A stretch of DNA of 64,000 nt, from assembly GCF_006345805.1 (NCBI RefSeq), contig NC_043013.1, forward strand, positions 39,990,001 to 40,054,000. The letters are read 5' to 3'. Each line of letters begins with the position of its first letter. Positions within the stretch are counted from its first letter, which is position 1. Both the position numbers and the translations under genes were made by a program. Below are positions 12,633-26,577 of the stretch, in pieces. Below the pieces are notes generated by a model. That model saw only the letters and a program-made list of their open reading frames with translations. It was not told the DNA's origin and did not search any database. The stretch comes from Octopus sinensis (lineage: Eukaryota).

Positions 12633-13677
12633 TTCAGTAGTTTTATTTTTATAGTGTGCTTTCACTTCACTACCGAGCGCAGCTCTGTGTGCCTTGGGTA
12701 TGTGCTGTGATTTGTTGTGATGCTCTGATGGTTATTGAATGGAAAGTGTTCTGCGTAGGATGTGTGCAGTGCCTAGTAGTGCAATTTTCTGTATGTTATA
12801 TGTGTTTGTAAGTCCTGGTGTTTTTGTTATGTATTTGTCTGAATATTTTTTTATCATGCCTAATGCACCTACTATGATAGGAATTGTTTCTGTTTTCAGA
12901 TTCCACATTCTAGTTACCTCTATTTCTAGGTCTTTGTATTTTGAGAGTTTCTCCATTTCTTTTAGAGACACGTTGTCATCTGCCGGTATTGATACATCAA
13001 TTAGAAAGCATTTTTTTTCTTCATGATCTCTGACAACTATATCTGGTCTGTTGGCCTTAATTTCTCTATCTGTGTGTATCGGCATATCCCAGAGTATGGT
13101 TGCTTTCTCGTTTTCTGTGACCTTTTCTGGTGTGTGCCTATACCATCTTTTTTCTGTTGTTATTCCATAATGTTGGCATAGCTTCCAATGTATGTAGGTT
13201 CCAACTCTGTCATGTCTGTGAATATATTCCTTCTTAGCCAGGACTGGGCAGCTAGAGATAATATGATTTATTGTTTCTTGTCCATCTCCACATATTCTGC
13301 AGTTACTTGTAATATTTCTTTTCATTACATGTTTTTGGTAATTTCTGGTGGGGAGGCTTTGGTCTTGTGCTGCAATTAAAAATCCCTCTGTTTCTGCTTT
13401 GAGTCCTGAGCTTCTCAACCATTGCTGGGATTTTTCTTTGTCTATTTCTTTTGCGTTTACTTTAGTGCTGTATTTACCATGAAGGGGCTTTTCTTGCCAT
13501 CGTTTTATCATGGTTCGTTGCTGTTCTATTTTTAGTTTGGATTTCATTTGTTTTATAGCTTTTGTTGTTTCTTCATCATCTTCTTCTTCTTCTTCGTGTT
13601 TATTAGGTGGTATGATTTCTTGTTTGTATTTGTCAGCTTCCTTAAATACTGAGAACAGTTTTTTGTTTTGCTCGTGT
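12633..13677 (-). mobile_element. R4/Dong-like non-LTR retrotransposon, 5'-truncated, flanked by (TAA)n
   Basis: Contains ORF 12732-13547; (TTA)n tracts at 12612-12632 and 13678-13750. Confidence 0.9.
12732..13547 (-). CDS. C-terminal CCHC zinc finger plus restriction-like endonuclease of R4/Dong ORF (partial, intact frame)
   Basis: CRICGDGQETINHIISSC; RHDRV; NRPDIVV..LIDVSIP..EKLSKYKDL; PIIVGALG; QKIALLGTAHILRR. Confidence 0.85.
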   Translation of the reverse strand: MKSKLKIEQQRTMIKRWQEKPLHGKYSTKVNAKEIDKEKSQQWLRSSGLKAETEGFLIAAQDQSLPTRNYQKHVMKRNITSNCRICGDGQETINHIISSCPVLAKKEYIHRHDRVGTYIHWKLCQHYGITTEKRWYRHTPEKVTENEKATILWDMPIHTDREIKANRPDIVVRDHEEKKCFLIDVSIPADDNVSLKEMEKLSKYKDLEIEVTRMWNLKTETIPIIVGALGMIKKYSDKYITKTPGLTNTYNIQKIALLGTAHILRRTLSIQ

Positions 13678-13686
13678 TTATTATTA

Positions 13687-13749
<63 letters not shown>

Positions 13750-13750
13750 T

Positions 13751-14135
13751 CCTGTGTTAGACTTTTGCTTTGTATTTATGCAAGTTGGGTCCAAGTCTCA
13801 ACTAAAAAGACATCAAGAGACAACAAGTTAGAAGTTCAAGTTGGTGTTATGCCTGGGGTGTCATCTATTTGGTTTTGCACATTGTATTATTCTAGAGAAT
13901 CTTTAAGAAAATATAAGAAAAGTATGTGTTTGTTCTAAAATTTGAGATTACATAGACAGTGTCTCACGTAGGATATGGACAGTTCCAATGAGCACTATTT
14001 TTTGGAATTTCTTACATTTTGGGGTTTCTTGGTATCTGAGCTAGGTAAGAATCGGCCCCTTTAGCTATCATTCCTAGGGCACCTATGACAACAGGCATTT
14101 TTTTAGTCATGAGGTTCCACATTTTGCCAATTTCT
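13751..14135 (-). mobile_element. Second, older R4/Dong-like 3' end
   Basis: Minus strand EIGKMWNL..PVVIGALGMIAKGAD...QKIVLIGTVHILRETLSM*, then a 3' UTR ending in (TAA)n. Confidence 0.8.
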
Positions 14136-14159
14136 TTATACTTACTCTTTTTTACTCTT

Positions 14160-14489
14160 TTACACTTTTACTTGTTTCAGTCATTTGACTGCGGCCATGC
14201 TGGAGCACCACCTTTAATCGAGCAAATCGACCCCCAGGACATATTCTTTGGAAGCGCAGTACTTATTCTATCGGTCTCTTTTTGCCAGGGACGTAAACAC
14301 ACCAGCATCGGTTGTCAAGCGATGGTGGGGGGACAAACACAGACACACAAACATATACACACACACACATATATATATATATACATATATACGACAGGCT
14401 TCTTTCAGTTTCCGTCTACTCACAAGGACTGAACTCGGAACCATGTGGTTGGTAAGCAAGCTACTTACCACACTGCCACTCCTGCGCCT
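14160..14489 (-). mobile_element. SINE family B with internal deletions
   Basis: Match to 2254-2710. Confidence 0.85.
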
Positions 14490-15111
14490 ATATATAACTC
14501 CTACGAAATATGTATATATATATATAGAGAGAGAGAGATAGAGAGAGAGAGAGAAAGAGATACATACATATATGTATACATACTCATACACATACATACA
14601 TACACACATACTCACTTGTGTGTTTGTGTGTGAGTGTGTGGTGTGTGTGTGTGTGCGCGCGCGCGCGGGTGTGTGTGTGCGCGTGTGTGCGTGTATAAAG
14701 GTAAGATCTAGGGATCAAGGCGTAAGAAGTTAGTAAGCTTCAAGAAATCCGTAGAAGATATAAAAAAAGTTTTTTAGGAACAATAGTGGTTTATTGGCGC
14801 AGAAGGTTATGCGTTTTCCCCGTATCGAAGTGCGATAAGCTGAAGAAAGTTAATTTTATAGTTCACGGTTAGCAACAGGGGTTGTTTAATATGCGAAAAA
14901 ACATAAAAAAATTAGGTAATGAAATAGATAAAATCTAAGCTACGTATGCTTCATAGCTGGAAAGTATTCTCGGAATTAGTAAATTATCCAAAGGACAGAC
15001 TGCAAGCTACTCTTTAGGTCAAAGATACCTTGATTATATGAAGCTTCTATTGTCGTTAAGAGATCTCGTCTTAACTCGTTGAAGATTTGATCGAGGTTCG
15101 TGCCGTCATAA

Positions 15112-16232
15112 AAAATTTTACTTATTTCTTTTATAAGCTTATATGTTTATCTACAGCAATAACTTCCTAAGGTCCTTAACTTCTCACATCCATCTCGGCC
15201 TCATCTTCTGGATGTAAGTGGGGATAGTGGCAGGTTGTATAGTCTTGATATTTCATTTGTTTCTGTACGTCAGGCTTTTCTGCGTGACATTATATTTCTA
15301 AAATTTTACTTATTTCTTTATAAGCTTATATGTTTATCTACAGCAATAGCTTCCTAAGTTCCTTAACTTCTCACATCCATCTCGGCCCCATCTTCTGGAT
15401 GTAAGTGGGGATAGTGGCAGGTTGTATAGTCTTGATATTTCATTTGTTTCTGTACGTCAGGCTTTTCTGCGTGACATTATATTTCTAAAATTTTACTTAT
15501 TTCTTTATAAGCTTATATGTTTATCTACAGCAATAGCTTCCTAAGTTCCTTAACTTCTCACATCCATCTCGGCCCCATCTTCTGGATGTAAGTGGGGATA
15601 GTGGCAGGTTGTATAGTCTTGATATTTCATTTGTTTCTGTACGTCAGGCTTTTCTGCGTGACATTATATTTCTAAAATTTTACTTATTTCTTTATAAGCT
15701 TATATGTTTATCTACAGCAATAGCTTCCTAAGTTCCTTAACTTCTCACATCCATCTCGGCCCCATCTTCTGGATGTAAGTGGGGATGTGGCAGTTTGTAT
15801 AGTCTTGATATTTCATTTGTTTCTGTACGTCAGGCTTTTCTGCTTGACATTATATTTCTAAAATTTTACTTATTTCTTTATAAGCTTATATGTTTATCTA
15901 CAGCAATAACTTCCTGAGTTTCTTAACCTTTCACATTCATCTCGGCCCCATCTTCTGGATGTAAGTGGGGATAGTGGCAGGTTGTATAGTCTTGATATTT
16001 CATTTGTTTCTGTACGTCAGGCTTTTCTGCGTGACATTATATTTCTAAAATTTTACTTATTTCTTTATAAGCTTATATGTTTATCTACAGCAATAACTTC
16101 CTAAGTTCCTTAACTTCTCACATCCATCTCGGCCTCATCTTCTGGATGTATGTGGGGATAGTGGCAGGTTGTTTAGTCTTGATATTTCATTTGTTTCTAT
16201 ACGTCATGCTTTTCAACGTGACATTATATTTC
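15112..16232. repeat. Tandem minisatellite, ~187-bp unit x ~6
   Basis: AAAATTTTACTTATTTC recurs at ~15112, 15300, 15487, 15674, 15860 and 16047; units nearly identical. Confidence 0.95.
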
Positions 16233-16597
16233 AATAGTTTCACATATTTAGATTCTCATTACATGTGCGCTGAACGGTCTTTTATGAGAATTTGACTGAC
16301 AGAAACACAATTTCGCGATGCGGAGATGAATATATTTTATGGTTTAGTGTGTATGTGGGGGTGTGCGCGCGCACACGTTTGTATTTCATATCCGGTCACA
16401 TTTTACTTTCAATTATCTCTTTGTATTAGCTGTACTTACATATAACACTTTCCTTGTGTATATATGTGTAGTCTTATGAGATCAAATGTTCGCGCTCGTA
16501 CGCTTGTAGACACACATACACGCACAAACACGTACATGCTCGCACACGCATGCATACACTCACATACACGCACATGCACGCATACACAGATAGATAT

Positions 16598-17540
<943 letters not shown>

Positions 17541-17594
17541 CATGCATACATTCATACATACACACACACACACACGCACACATATTTATATATA

Positions 17595-17641
<47 letters not shown>

Positions 17642-17842
17642 ACAAAAGTAGGATAAGAACGCAGCAGGCGACAACAAAATATCCAGACAGTTAGATGATA
17701 CAAAAGGGAAAAAGGGACAAGAAAACACAAGGACGGGTCATTCGGAGTTTTCTTTCCTCAGCCGAGTTCCAGATAATCTTTGCAGTTTCGGCTGGTATTC
17801 TTTTTTATATACATATAGCGGCGTGCGTACACTTTGGTCTCC

Positions 17843-17879
<37 letters not shown>

Positions 17880-17881
<2 letters not shown>

Positions 17882-17981
17882 GCTTACAGAGAATAAGTCC
17901 CGGGGTCGATTTTCTCGACTAAAGGCGGTGCTCCAGCATGGCCGCAGTCAAATGACTGAAACAAGTAAAAGAGTAAAAGAG
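17880..17981 (+). mobile_element. SINE family B 3' fragment
   Basis: GAATAAGTCC..GCGGTGCTCCAGCATGGCCGCAGTCAAATGACTGAAAC. Confidence 0.8.
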
Positions 17982-17991
17982 TATATATATA

Positions 17992-18206
17992 CAGAAATCC
18001 CTCGACTTTCGCGGGGTCTATGTTCCCAAAACACCCGCGATAGGTGAAAATCCGTTAAGTAGAAGCAGTACTGTATTTATTTTTATTATTTTATAATTTG
18101 TATATATTTAGTTTATTATAAATGTAAAACAACACCACGGAAGAATCGACGTAAGCTTAAATAATAAACTGCGATAGGCGAACCGCGATATGTCGAGGGA
18201 TTACTT
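17992..18206. mobile_element. pogo/Tigger-like MITE
   Basis: TIRs CAGAAATCCCTCGACTTTCGCGG / CCGCGATATGTCGAGGGATTACT, with TA on both sides. Confidence 0.75.
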
Positions 18207-18258
18207 TATATATATGTGTGTGTGCGTGTGTGCGCGCGTCTGTGTATGTGTGTGTTTA

Positions 18259-18301
<43 letters not shown>

Positions 18302-19358
18302 ATATATATATATATATATAGTATATATAGTATATAGTATGTAGATAGATAGATAGATAGATAGATAGATACATACATACATACATACATACATACATAC
18401 ATACATACATACAAGCATGCATACATACACACACATGCATACATACATATATAAAAGTGTGTGTGTGCGTGCGTGTGTGCGTTCGTGTGTGTGTGTGAGT
18501 GTGTAATGGATAGATGTATATACATACAATTTGCAGTACTCGGCCATGCTCGCGTTTATTATGTAACATAAACAGTCACAGCAATTGATTGAATTTTGGT
18601 TAATCTTCAGTTTGCCTAGAAGTCATTGGCCCAGATTTGTTGCATGCCTTGCACCCAGAGGGTGGATCAATTTGACGTTCGTAAAAATGCGCCAAAAATA
18701 AACTAACAAGTATGGAACCTTAATTTTTTTCATTCACCTTTTTTTTTTAATATTTTCAGGAAATACATACTTTTAAAAAATACTGTACTAATTAACATAA
18801 ATATCTTTAGTCAGTTAATTTCCTAACCAGCAATTTTTTCCTGTATTAACTGCAGTGCTTGTTGATATATTATATCCTTCGCCATTTTCTAGGCATACAG
18901 AAAAGCTCAGAAATATTAGCCTACCAACGTTTGCTTGAATAGATCTACCTTGATGCAATTGCGTAACTAGCGAAGCAAGGAACAGCACTCTTTGATCTGC
19001 TGTATAAGCATGGATAGGGGACAGGGGTTATGGCAGCAAACTGAAGGAGTTCTTTGGACGGCACACACTGTAGTTATGACCCACTGCCCTCGTGCAAAAT
19101 TCCAGCTAGATCAGAGTAAAGCTGTAACCTACACTTTGGAACGCACATGCATCTGAACGTTCGTTATTATATGTCATGATATTTAACAAGTTAGACTGGA
19201 TGTGGGTTACGTATCACGAGAAGCCGGTGTAGCTAGTTCAGTAAACAATGAACAACTGTGGTTTACTGTTATTGTATGAATGAGAAATAGAAAGAAGCAA
19301 AAGGTGAGGGGGGGCGAAATGATGATAGAGAGAGTATAATTGTCAAACAATGAGAGTG

Positions 19359-19427
<69 letters not shown>

Positions 19428-20238
19428 TAGATAGATAGATAGATGTTTTACAAATGGCAGAACAAGGATATACAGAGATAAAGAAGCGAAGAGATACAAA
19501 GAGAGAGAAAGAGAGATAGAGAGATGTAGGATATGAGAACAACATGTTTTAAAGAGACAAAAAAAAAGAGAGACAAAGAATAAGAGCGAACAAGTAAAAG
19601 AGTGAGAAAGAGCGAGGAATGAAATCAATATTCTCCAGCTGAGATCAATAAAGTAGTTTGATTAATAAGTGATTGGTAGATTGAAAAAGGTGAGTCTGTG
19701 AGGCCATAGCTATGATTTGGTGTAAAGGTCGGTGTAATTACGTCACATTAGCCAGGGTTGGGTTAATGCGACAGGATGGAGGGAGGAGGGGTGCAATGTC
19801 GTCAGAGCAATTGTGATAGTGGAGCAGGGTGGAGTAGGGGCGGCGGCACATGAGACGTGTATGTGTATGTACCTGTGTACTTTGTGTGTATTTTGTGTGC
19901 GGCTGTGTGCGGTTATGTGCGACTATGTGCGCTTTCTGCATTATTGGTGTATGTACGCGCTTGTATTTGAGAGGTTTGGATTGTGTGCTTTCGGTGTCTT
20001 TGTTATGCACGTATGTGTGTGTGTGTGTGTGTGGTGTGTGTTTGTGTGTGTATGTACTTGTGTGCTTGTGTGTTTGTTGGCGGCTGTGTGCGACTATGTG
20101 TGCCTATGTGCAGTTATGCGCGACTACGTGCTCCTATGTACGGCTATTTGTGCGATTTCTGCATTATTGGCGTATGTAAACGCGCTTGTATTTGAGAGGT
20201 TCGGATTGTGTGCTTTCAGGGTTTTTGTTATACACGTA

Positions 20239-20282
<44 letters not shown>

Positions 20283-20345
20283 CACGCTCTCATGTACCTG
20301 CGTGTTTGTGTGTAACAGTGTGCGGCTGTGTACGGCTATGTGCGG

Positions 20346-20391
<46 letters not shown>

Positions 20392-20731
20392 CAATATATA
20401 TATATATGCATCAATATGTATGTATATGTATGTATGTGTATGTATGTGCGTGTATATGTGTGCGTGTTGTTGTATGTGTATGTAACTGCGTGTATATTTT
20501 ATATACGCATGCATGTACCTATATATATTTGTGCATGTGTGTTCGCCTTGCAAATGCGTCCATGAATCGTGCACGTGTGATATGCATGTGTGGTAAGCGT
20601 ATGTATTTCTTTACTGGATATTCTTTCGTACGATGGGTAGGTGATGAATGGCGATACCTGCGATACCTGCGCTGCTGTCATTATTCTTGTAGCGATGTGC
20701 TGTGCGGTGATAGTATTATTAAACGTGGACT

Positions 20732-21934
20732 AGGTGGTGGTGGTGGTAGTGGTGATGGTGGTGGTGGTGCTGATGGTGGTGGTGGTGCTGATGGTGGTGG
20801 TGGTGCTGATGGTGGTGGTGGTGCTGGTGCTGGTGGTCGTGGTGGTGGTCGTGGTCGTGGTTGTCGTGGTTGTCGTGGTGGTGGTGATGGTGGTGGTGGT
20901 GCTTGTGGTGGTGGTGGTGCTGGGGGTCGTGGTGGTGGTGGTCGTGGTCGTGGTTGTCGTGGTTGTCGTGGTACTGGTGATGGTGGTGGTGGTGCTTGTG
21001 GTGGTGGTGGTGGTGGTGGGGGGGTCGTCGTCGCCGTGCTTGTGGTGGTGGTGCTTGTAGTGGTTGTTGTGGTGGTGGTGATGGTCGTCATTGTTTTGGT
21101 GGTGGTGGTGCTTGTAGTGCTTATGGTGGTGGTGGTCTTATGGTGGTGGTGGTGGTGGTGGTGGTGCTTGTGGTGCTTGTGGTGGTGGTGGTTGTGGTGG
21201 TGGAAGTGATGGTTTTTGGTGGTGTTGGAGGTGACAACGGTGATCGTGGTGATGTAAATGGTAATGACGTAGTATTATCGGCATTGAACATGATGGTGGT
21301 GGTGGTGGTGGTTGGTGGTGGTGGTGGTGGTGGTGGTGGTGGTGGTGGTGTGGTGGTGGTGGTGGTGGTGGTGGTGGTGGTGGTGGTGGTTGGTGGTGAT
21401 GTGGTGGTGGTGGTGGTGGTGGTGGTGGTGTGGTGGTGGTGGTGGTGGTGTGTGGTGGTGGTGGTGGTGGTGGTGTGTGTGGTGGTGGTGGTGGTGGTGG
21501 TGGTGGTGGTGGTGGTGGTGGTTGATGGGGTGGTGGTGGTTGGTGGTGGTGGTGGTGGGTGGTGGTGGTGGTGGTGGTGGTTATGTTCGGCAGTGAAGAT
21601 GGTGGTTGATGTATTATGTCGCTGTTGTGTTGTGTTGTTGTTGTTGTTGTTGTTGATGTTGTAGGTAGTAGTGGTGGTTGGTGGTGGTGGTGGTGGTGGT
21701 GGTGGTTTGTGATGGAGAGATGGTGGTGAGTATAGAAGAATGGTGGTGATAGTGATGTGTTATGAGGTTGCGGTTTTGGAGGTGTTGGTGACACTGTGAA
21801 TAATGAGGTCGTGGTAGCTTTGATGGTGATGGAGGGGCGCTGATGGTAATGGTGGTGGTTGTTCTGGTAGTGGTGGACACGGTGATGGTGATGGTAGTCA
21901 ACTGTATGGAGGTGGCACGATGGTATGTGTGTTT

Positions 21935-21976
<42 letters not shown>

Positions 21977-22081
21977 TTTGTGGTGTCGGTGGTGGTGATT
22001 GTGGTAGTTGCGGTTGTGGTGCTGGTGGTGGTGATGGTGGTAGTGTTGGTGGTGAAAGTACTAGCAGTAGAAGTAGTAGTA

Positions 22082-22151
<70 letters not shown>

Positions 22152-22186
22152 GGTGGTGGTCGTCGTCGTCGTCGTCGTCGTCGTGG
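20732..22186. repeat. (GGT)n/(GTA)n/(GTC)n trinucleotide low-complexity block
   Basis: Direct repeats; source of the poly-V/G/W/P/T ORFs. Confidence 0.9.
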
Positions 22187-22507
22187 TAGAGAGAGAAATG
22201 CAGAATTGATCATAATTCACTGGATAAAAGGAAAAATAGAAAAGGAAAAATAGAAAACCGGAGGGATCAAGAAAGGAAGGAAGGAAGGAAGGAAGAGAAA
22301 GAAAGAAAAAAGTTAAGAGCTGATCGAGATTATATGGGAAATGATAATTAGCGTTTAACGATAATAATATAATAATAATAATAATAATAATAATATTTTT
22401 AACGGATTGATTTACTCTTCACAAAGGTAAATCGACAATACGAAGAGCGCTGCATCGCGCTTTTCGTATTGTCTAATAATAATAATAATAATAATATAAT
22501 AAATAAC

Positions 22508-22696
22508 AATCCTTTGTACTGTAGGTACAAGGCCTGAAATTTGAGGAAGGGGACTAGTCGATTAATTAACTAGTACTTATTTTATTCACATCGAAAGGAT
22601 AAAGGTAAAGTCGACCTCTGAGGATTTGAACTCAGAACGTAGCGGCAGACGAAATACCGCTAAGCATTTCGCCCAGCGTGCTAACGTTCCTGCCAT
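22508..22696 (-). mobile_element. SINE family A (ATT-tail)
   Basis: Match to family A; lies between (TAA)n runs. Confidence 0.8.
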
Positions 22697-22837
22697 AATA
22701 ATAATAATTATAAATGTCCTGATGCAGCAGTACCAGGCAGTGGCTTTCATGGTTTCTGGTCTTAACTGATTGGAAATGTTATCATGTACATGTTTAGTCT
22801 TAGTATAAAAGATGGACTACAGCAAATACTATTATTT

Positions 22838-22985
22838 AAAGCGACAAGCTGGTAGAGTCGTTAGCACTCCGGACAAAAATGCTTAGTGGCATTTCGTCCG
22901 TCTTTACGTTCTGAGATCTAGTTCCACTGAGGTATACTTTGCCGTTTATTCTTTCGAAGTACCAGCAAAATATTAGGGTCAACTA
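22838..22985 (+). mobile_element. Degenerate SINE family A
   Basis: GCTGGTAGAGTCGTTAGCAC..AATGCTTAGTGGCATTTCGTCCG. Confidence 0.65.
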
Positions 22986-24638
22986 ACCCTAAAAGACAGT
23001 CCTTCTTTCACATAAACTGAGCAAAGAAGATTGTTTAGATTTATCACAGTTCCAAAAGGATTTTACAAAATTGGGCAACATTTTTTTTTCAGAAGTGCTA
23101 ATCAAGAACAGAGCAAAGAGAAAAATTATATATGTTTGTTCTCGAAACGATGGAAGTGAACCAAATCTGTCCTCCCGACAAGAAGTACAAAAAATGCTTC
23201 AGGATATCACGAGAGAAATCCTTTCAACTGAAAAGGTAAACATGGCATTCTAAGGTACTTTAAACACTGAAGACGACTCAAAACAGAGGCTGAAATTGTC
23301 AGACATACCTACGTTGTCAAAGAAATGCCAAAGCGGTGATAAAAAGACATCAAAAATGATGGAGATCCGCGACTCGTCGTCATTTCCGTATCACAGTACG
23401 GGTGAGTGGTCAAAGCAGTATTAACGAACGGCGATATTTAGTGAAGATGTCAAAATGAATTTACAAATTTTGATGATCTTCGAAGATCATAAAGCTACGC
23501 GGAAACTATGCCCAGCAGAAGACACTAAAAGGACGGACATGAGATTAATGGTGCAGTACAACAACGTTGTTGTTACAGTTGTTGTACTATGAAATACCTC
23601 AAAGTTAATTTTCATGAATAACTAGAAAGACTAAACGAAAAAAATTGGAGAGAGGAATGAAAATAGTGAAGTAGAAAAAAGAACGAAATTCAGTATTCCC
23701 ATCAGCCCAAACTTTAGAGGTAGCAAGAGATATCCCTCTACACCCAGAATTAGAAACGGTGCTAACCAGTAGTATGACTCCATCCATCGTCGTGTGATGA
23801 AGAAGGAATAATAGTTGCAGAGGAAGCCATAAAAATCTCAGAAAAAAAACAGGAAGGGAAAAAGTGAAAACATCTCAAAAAATCGAAAAGGAAGCTTCAA
23901 TATAAAACAACGAAAACGTGCGAAAGGATATTTTTTTCAAAACAGCAATGATACCATTTCTCATGAAAATAGCGAAGAATTATGACACAGAAAAACTAAG
24001 ATTCATCGTCATTTAAAAATCAAACGAATAATTGATGAACAAAATTACGCATCTGTAGTGCTACGAAATTTCCACAGAAGTATGAATTACGCATGAAAGC
24101 AGTTAGATTCAGATGACATAAACATTATGTAAAATATAGATTATATGTAAAATTAAAACCGTGACATTACAACGAACTTCAAAGAGCAAACTACGTAGAT
24201 GTTGGAATTTTTTCAATATCAAACGTTCCAAAGAAGGCTTACAGGCGAATTTCCTTGCATTCGTAATGAAATTGAGAATCGATTACTGAGTACATTTGTG
24301 GAGCATCCAAATCCAAACTGGTAATCTTTCATACATTCTTTTCTTTAAATTCTTTAAACTGTTTCAGCTTTAAAGCTGCGATCATGCTGGGGCAATTACA
24401 TCTTATTTTAGTAATTGAGCATTTTATTGTAATTTATATTTTTTCCGTATAAAGGTACGTACTTTAAAAATCTTAAAGTACCCATTCATATCATGTGTGA
24501 CATAGTCCCTCCCCTCTTTTTTCGTATATGAAAACTCTCGTCTTTAGCACTCCAGTTTTTGCAAACCCTAGTGAAAGTTTTGCATTTTTGTATCTATCCG
24601 AGCGCTTTTGGCTAATAAAAAATTATTATTATTATTAA

Positions 24639-24853
24639 AGGCGGCGAACTGGCAGAAACGTTAGCACGCCAGGCGAAATGCTTAGCGGTGTTTCGTTTGT
24701 CTTTACGTTCTGAGCTCAAATTCCGCCGAGGTCGACTTTGCCTTTCATCCTTTCGGGGTCGATAAATTAAGTACCAGTTACGTACTAGGATCGATGTAAT
24801 CGACTTAATCCCCTTGTCTGTCCTTGTTTGTCCCCTCTATATTCAGCCCCTTG
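24639..24853 (+). mobile_element. SINE family A with Tx1-type tail, 3' end replaced by (CTG)n
   Basis: Intact head AAATGCTTAGCGGTGTTTCG; tail TGTCTGTCCTTGTTTGTCCCCTCT...CAGCCCCTTG. Confidence 0.85.
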
Positions 24854-24881
24854 CTGCTGCTGCTGCTGCTGCTGATGCTGA

Positions 24882-24915
<34 letters not shown>

Positions 24916-25083
24916 GGTGGTGGTGGTGGTGTGGTGGTGGTGATGATGGTGATGGTGATGATGATGATGATGGTGATGATGGTGATGCTAATGGTGATGA
25001 TGATGATGCCGCTGCATTATTATTATTTCTATTATTCATTATCACTATCATTGCTGTTGCTGTCGTAGTCATCATAAGTGCAA

Positions 25084-25118
<35 letters not shown>

Positions 25119-25375
25119 GCAGCAGCAGTAACAACCTAGATTGTAATTGAAGTGTGTTAAGTAATACTTTAACATAATCGATAGACTAACACTTAACTCA
25201 CCGTCGACACCACAACCATCGACAGAACCATTCCAATTACTATCTCCAACGCCCCCCCCCCTCTGTATCACCACCACCCACCACCATAACAACTACCACA
25301 ACTGTCATCACCATCATCACCAACGCCGTAAGGTGTCTTCCAGTTTGGGTGGGGAGGGTCCTTTTGTGATATTAA

Positions 25376-25773
25376 GAAGAGGAAAAGAGAGGGAAAGGGA
25401 GAGGAGTGATGAACAGGAAAAGAAAACAGGAAAGGGAGATGGCGGGGATCGGTGAGAGAGAGAGAGTCTGAAAAGGTGTTATAGAGAGATGAAGGTGAAA
25501 GAGATTTGAGGAGAGAGAGGGGAGTAAGAGAGAGAAAGAGAGACAGACAGACAGACAGACATGGAGAGAAAGAGAGGGGGAGGAAGGAGAGGAAGAGAAA
25601 GACAGACAAAGAGACCGACAGACAGAGAGAAAGAGAGAGGAGAAGGGAGAGAAAGAGAGTAAGAGAGAGAGAAAGAGACAGACAGACACAGAGAAAGAGA
25701 GACGAGGAGGAAGGGAGAGAAAGACAGACAGAAAGACAGACAGAGAGAAAGAAAGAAAGAAAGAAAGAAAGAA

Positions 25774-25805
<32 letters not shown>

Positions 25806-25822
25806 GAGGGAGGGACAGAGAG
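25376..25822. repeat. GA-rich (GAGA/GACA/GAAA) tract
   Basis: Purine-rich simple repeats. Confidence 0.85.
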
Positions 25823-26212
25823 ATGCTATTGTATGTAACAGGGGTGACGGTATAAAGTTTCAAGCCATCGACTGCCACCAACATAACAATTCTGAAATAT
25901 TTAACACCCAGTAACGTGTACGCACCCGGCTGACACCTTTACGGATATGTTTGCATTCAAAGTCTATATATAATATCTTAATATATAATGTCAAGTGTTG
26001 AGTGTCACAGGCTTCCTTTTAAGGGTGTTTTTTTTTATTTTATTTTTTTTTTTTACATTGATTGATTTCCCTCTTCCTGCCACGCTAGACGAAGGATGCA
26101 TTAGGTGTGCCGTGAGATGTGAAGGAAGAGAAAGTAATGAAAAGAGTGGTAAATACGTACATACACACATACATATGTATATATATACGTATATATACAT
26201 ATACATACATAC

Positions 26213-26470
26213 AAAGCCTCGTGCGTAGATTTAGTAGACAGAAACTGAAAGAAGCCCGTCATATATATGTATGTGTGTATATGTTTGTGTGTCTGTGTTT
26301 GTCCCCCCAACATCACTTGACAACTGATGGCGATATAACTCAGCAGTTCGGCAAAAGAGACCGATATAATAAGTACTAGACTTACAAAGAATAAGTCTTG
26401 GGGGCGATTTCCTCGACTAAAGGCGGTGCTCCAGCATGGCCGCAGTCAAATGACTGAAACACGAAAAGGG
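26213..26470 (+). mobile_element. SINE family B, headless
   Basis: GAAACTGAAAGAAGCCCGTC body and family B tail. Confidence 0.8.
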
Positions 26471-26545
26471 TATATATATCGTATGGATGTGTATCTATAT
26501 ACGTAGTATATATATATATTGTGTATGAATGTGTATCTATATACG

Positions 26546-26577
<32 letters not shown>

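Noticed and set aside
15112-16232. Regular repeat array as a possible CRISPR
   Set aside because: Units are contiguous 187-bp tandem copies with no unique spacers, no cas genes, and the context is eukaryotic.
20328-22220. Long Gly/Pro/Val/Thr-rich ORFs (up to 360 aa) resembling structural proteins
   Set aside because: Products of (GGT)n/(GTA)n repeats open in several frames on both strands; no splice or domain evidence.
23262-23306. CTGAAGA...GAAATTGTC hammerhead-like motif
   Set aside because: Stem I flanks are not complementary; may be a decayed copy but cannot be supported.
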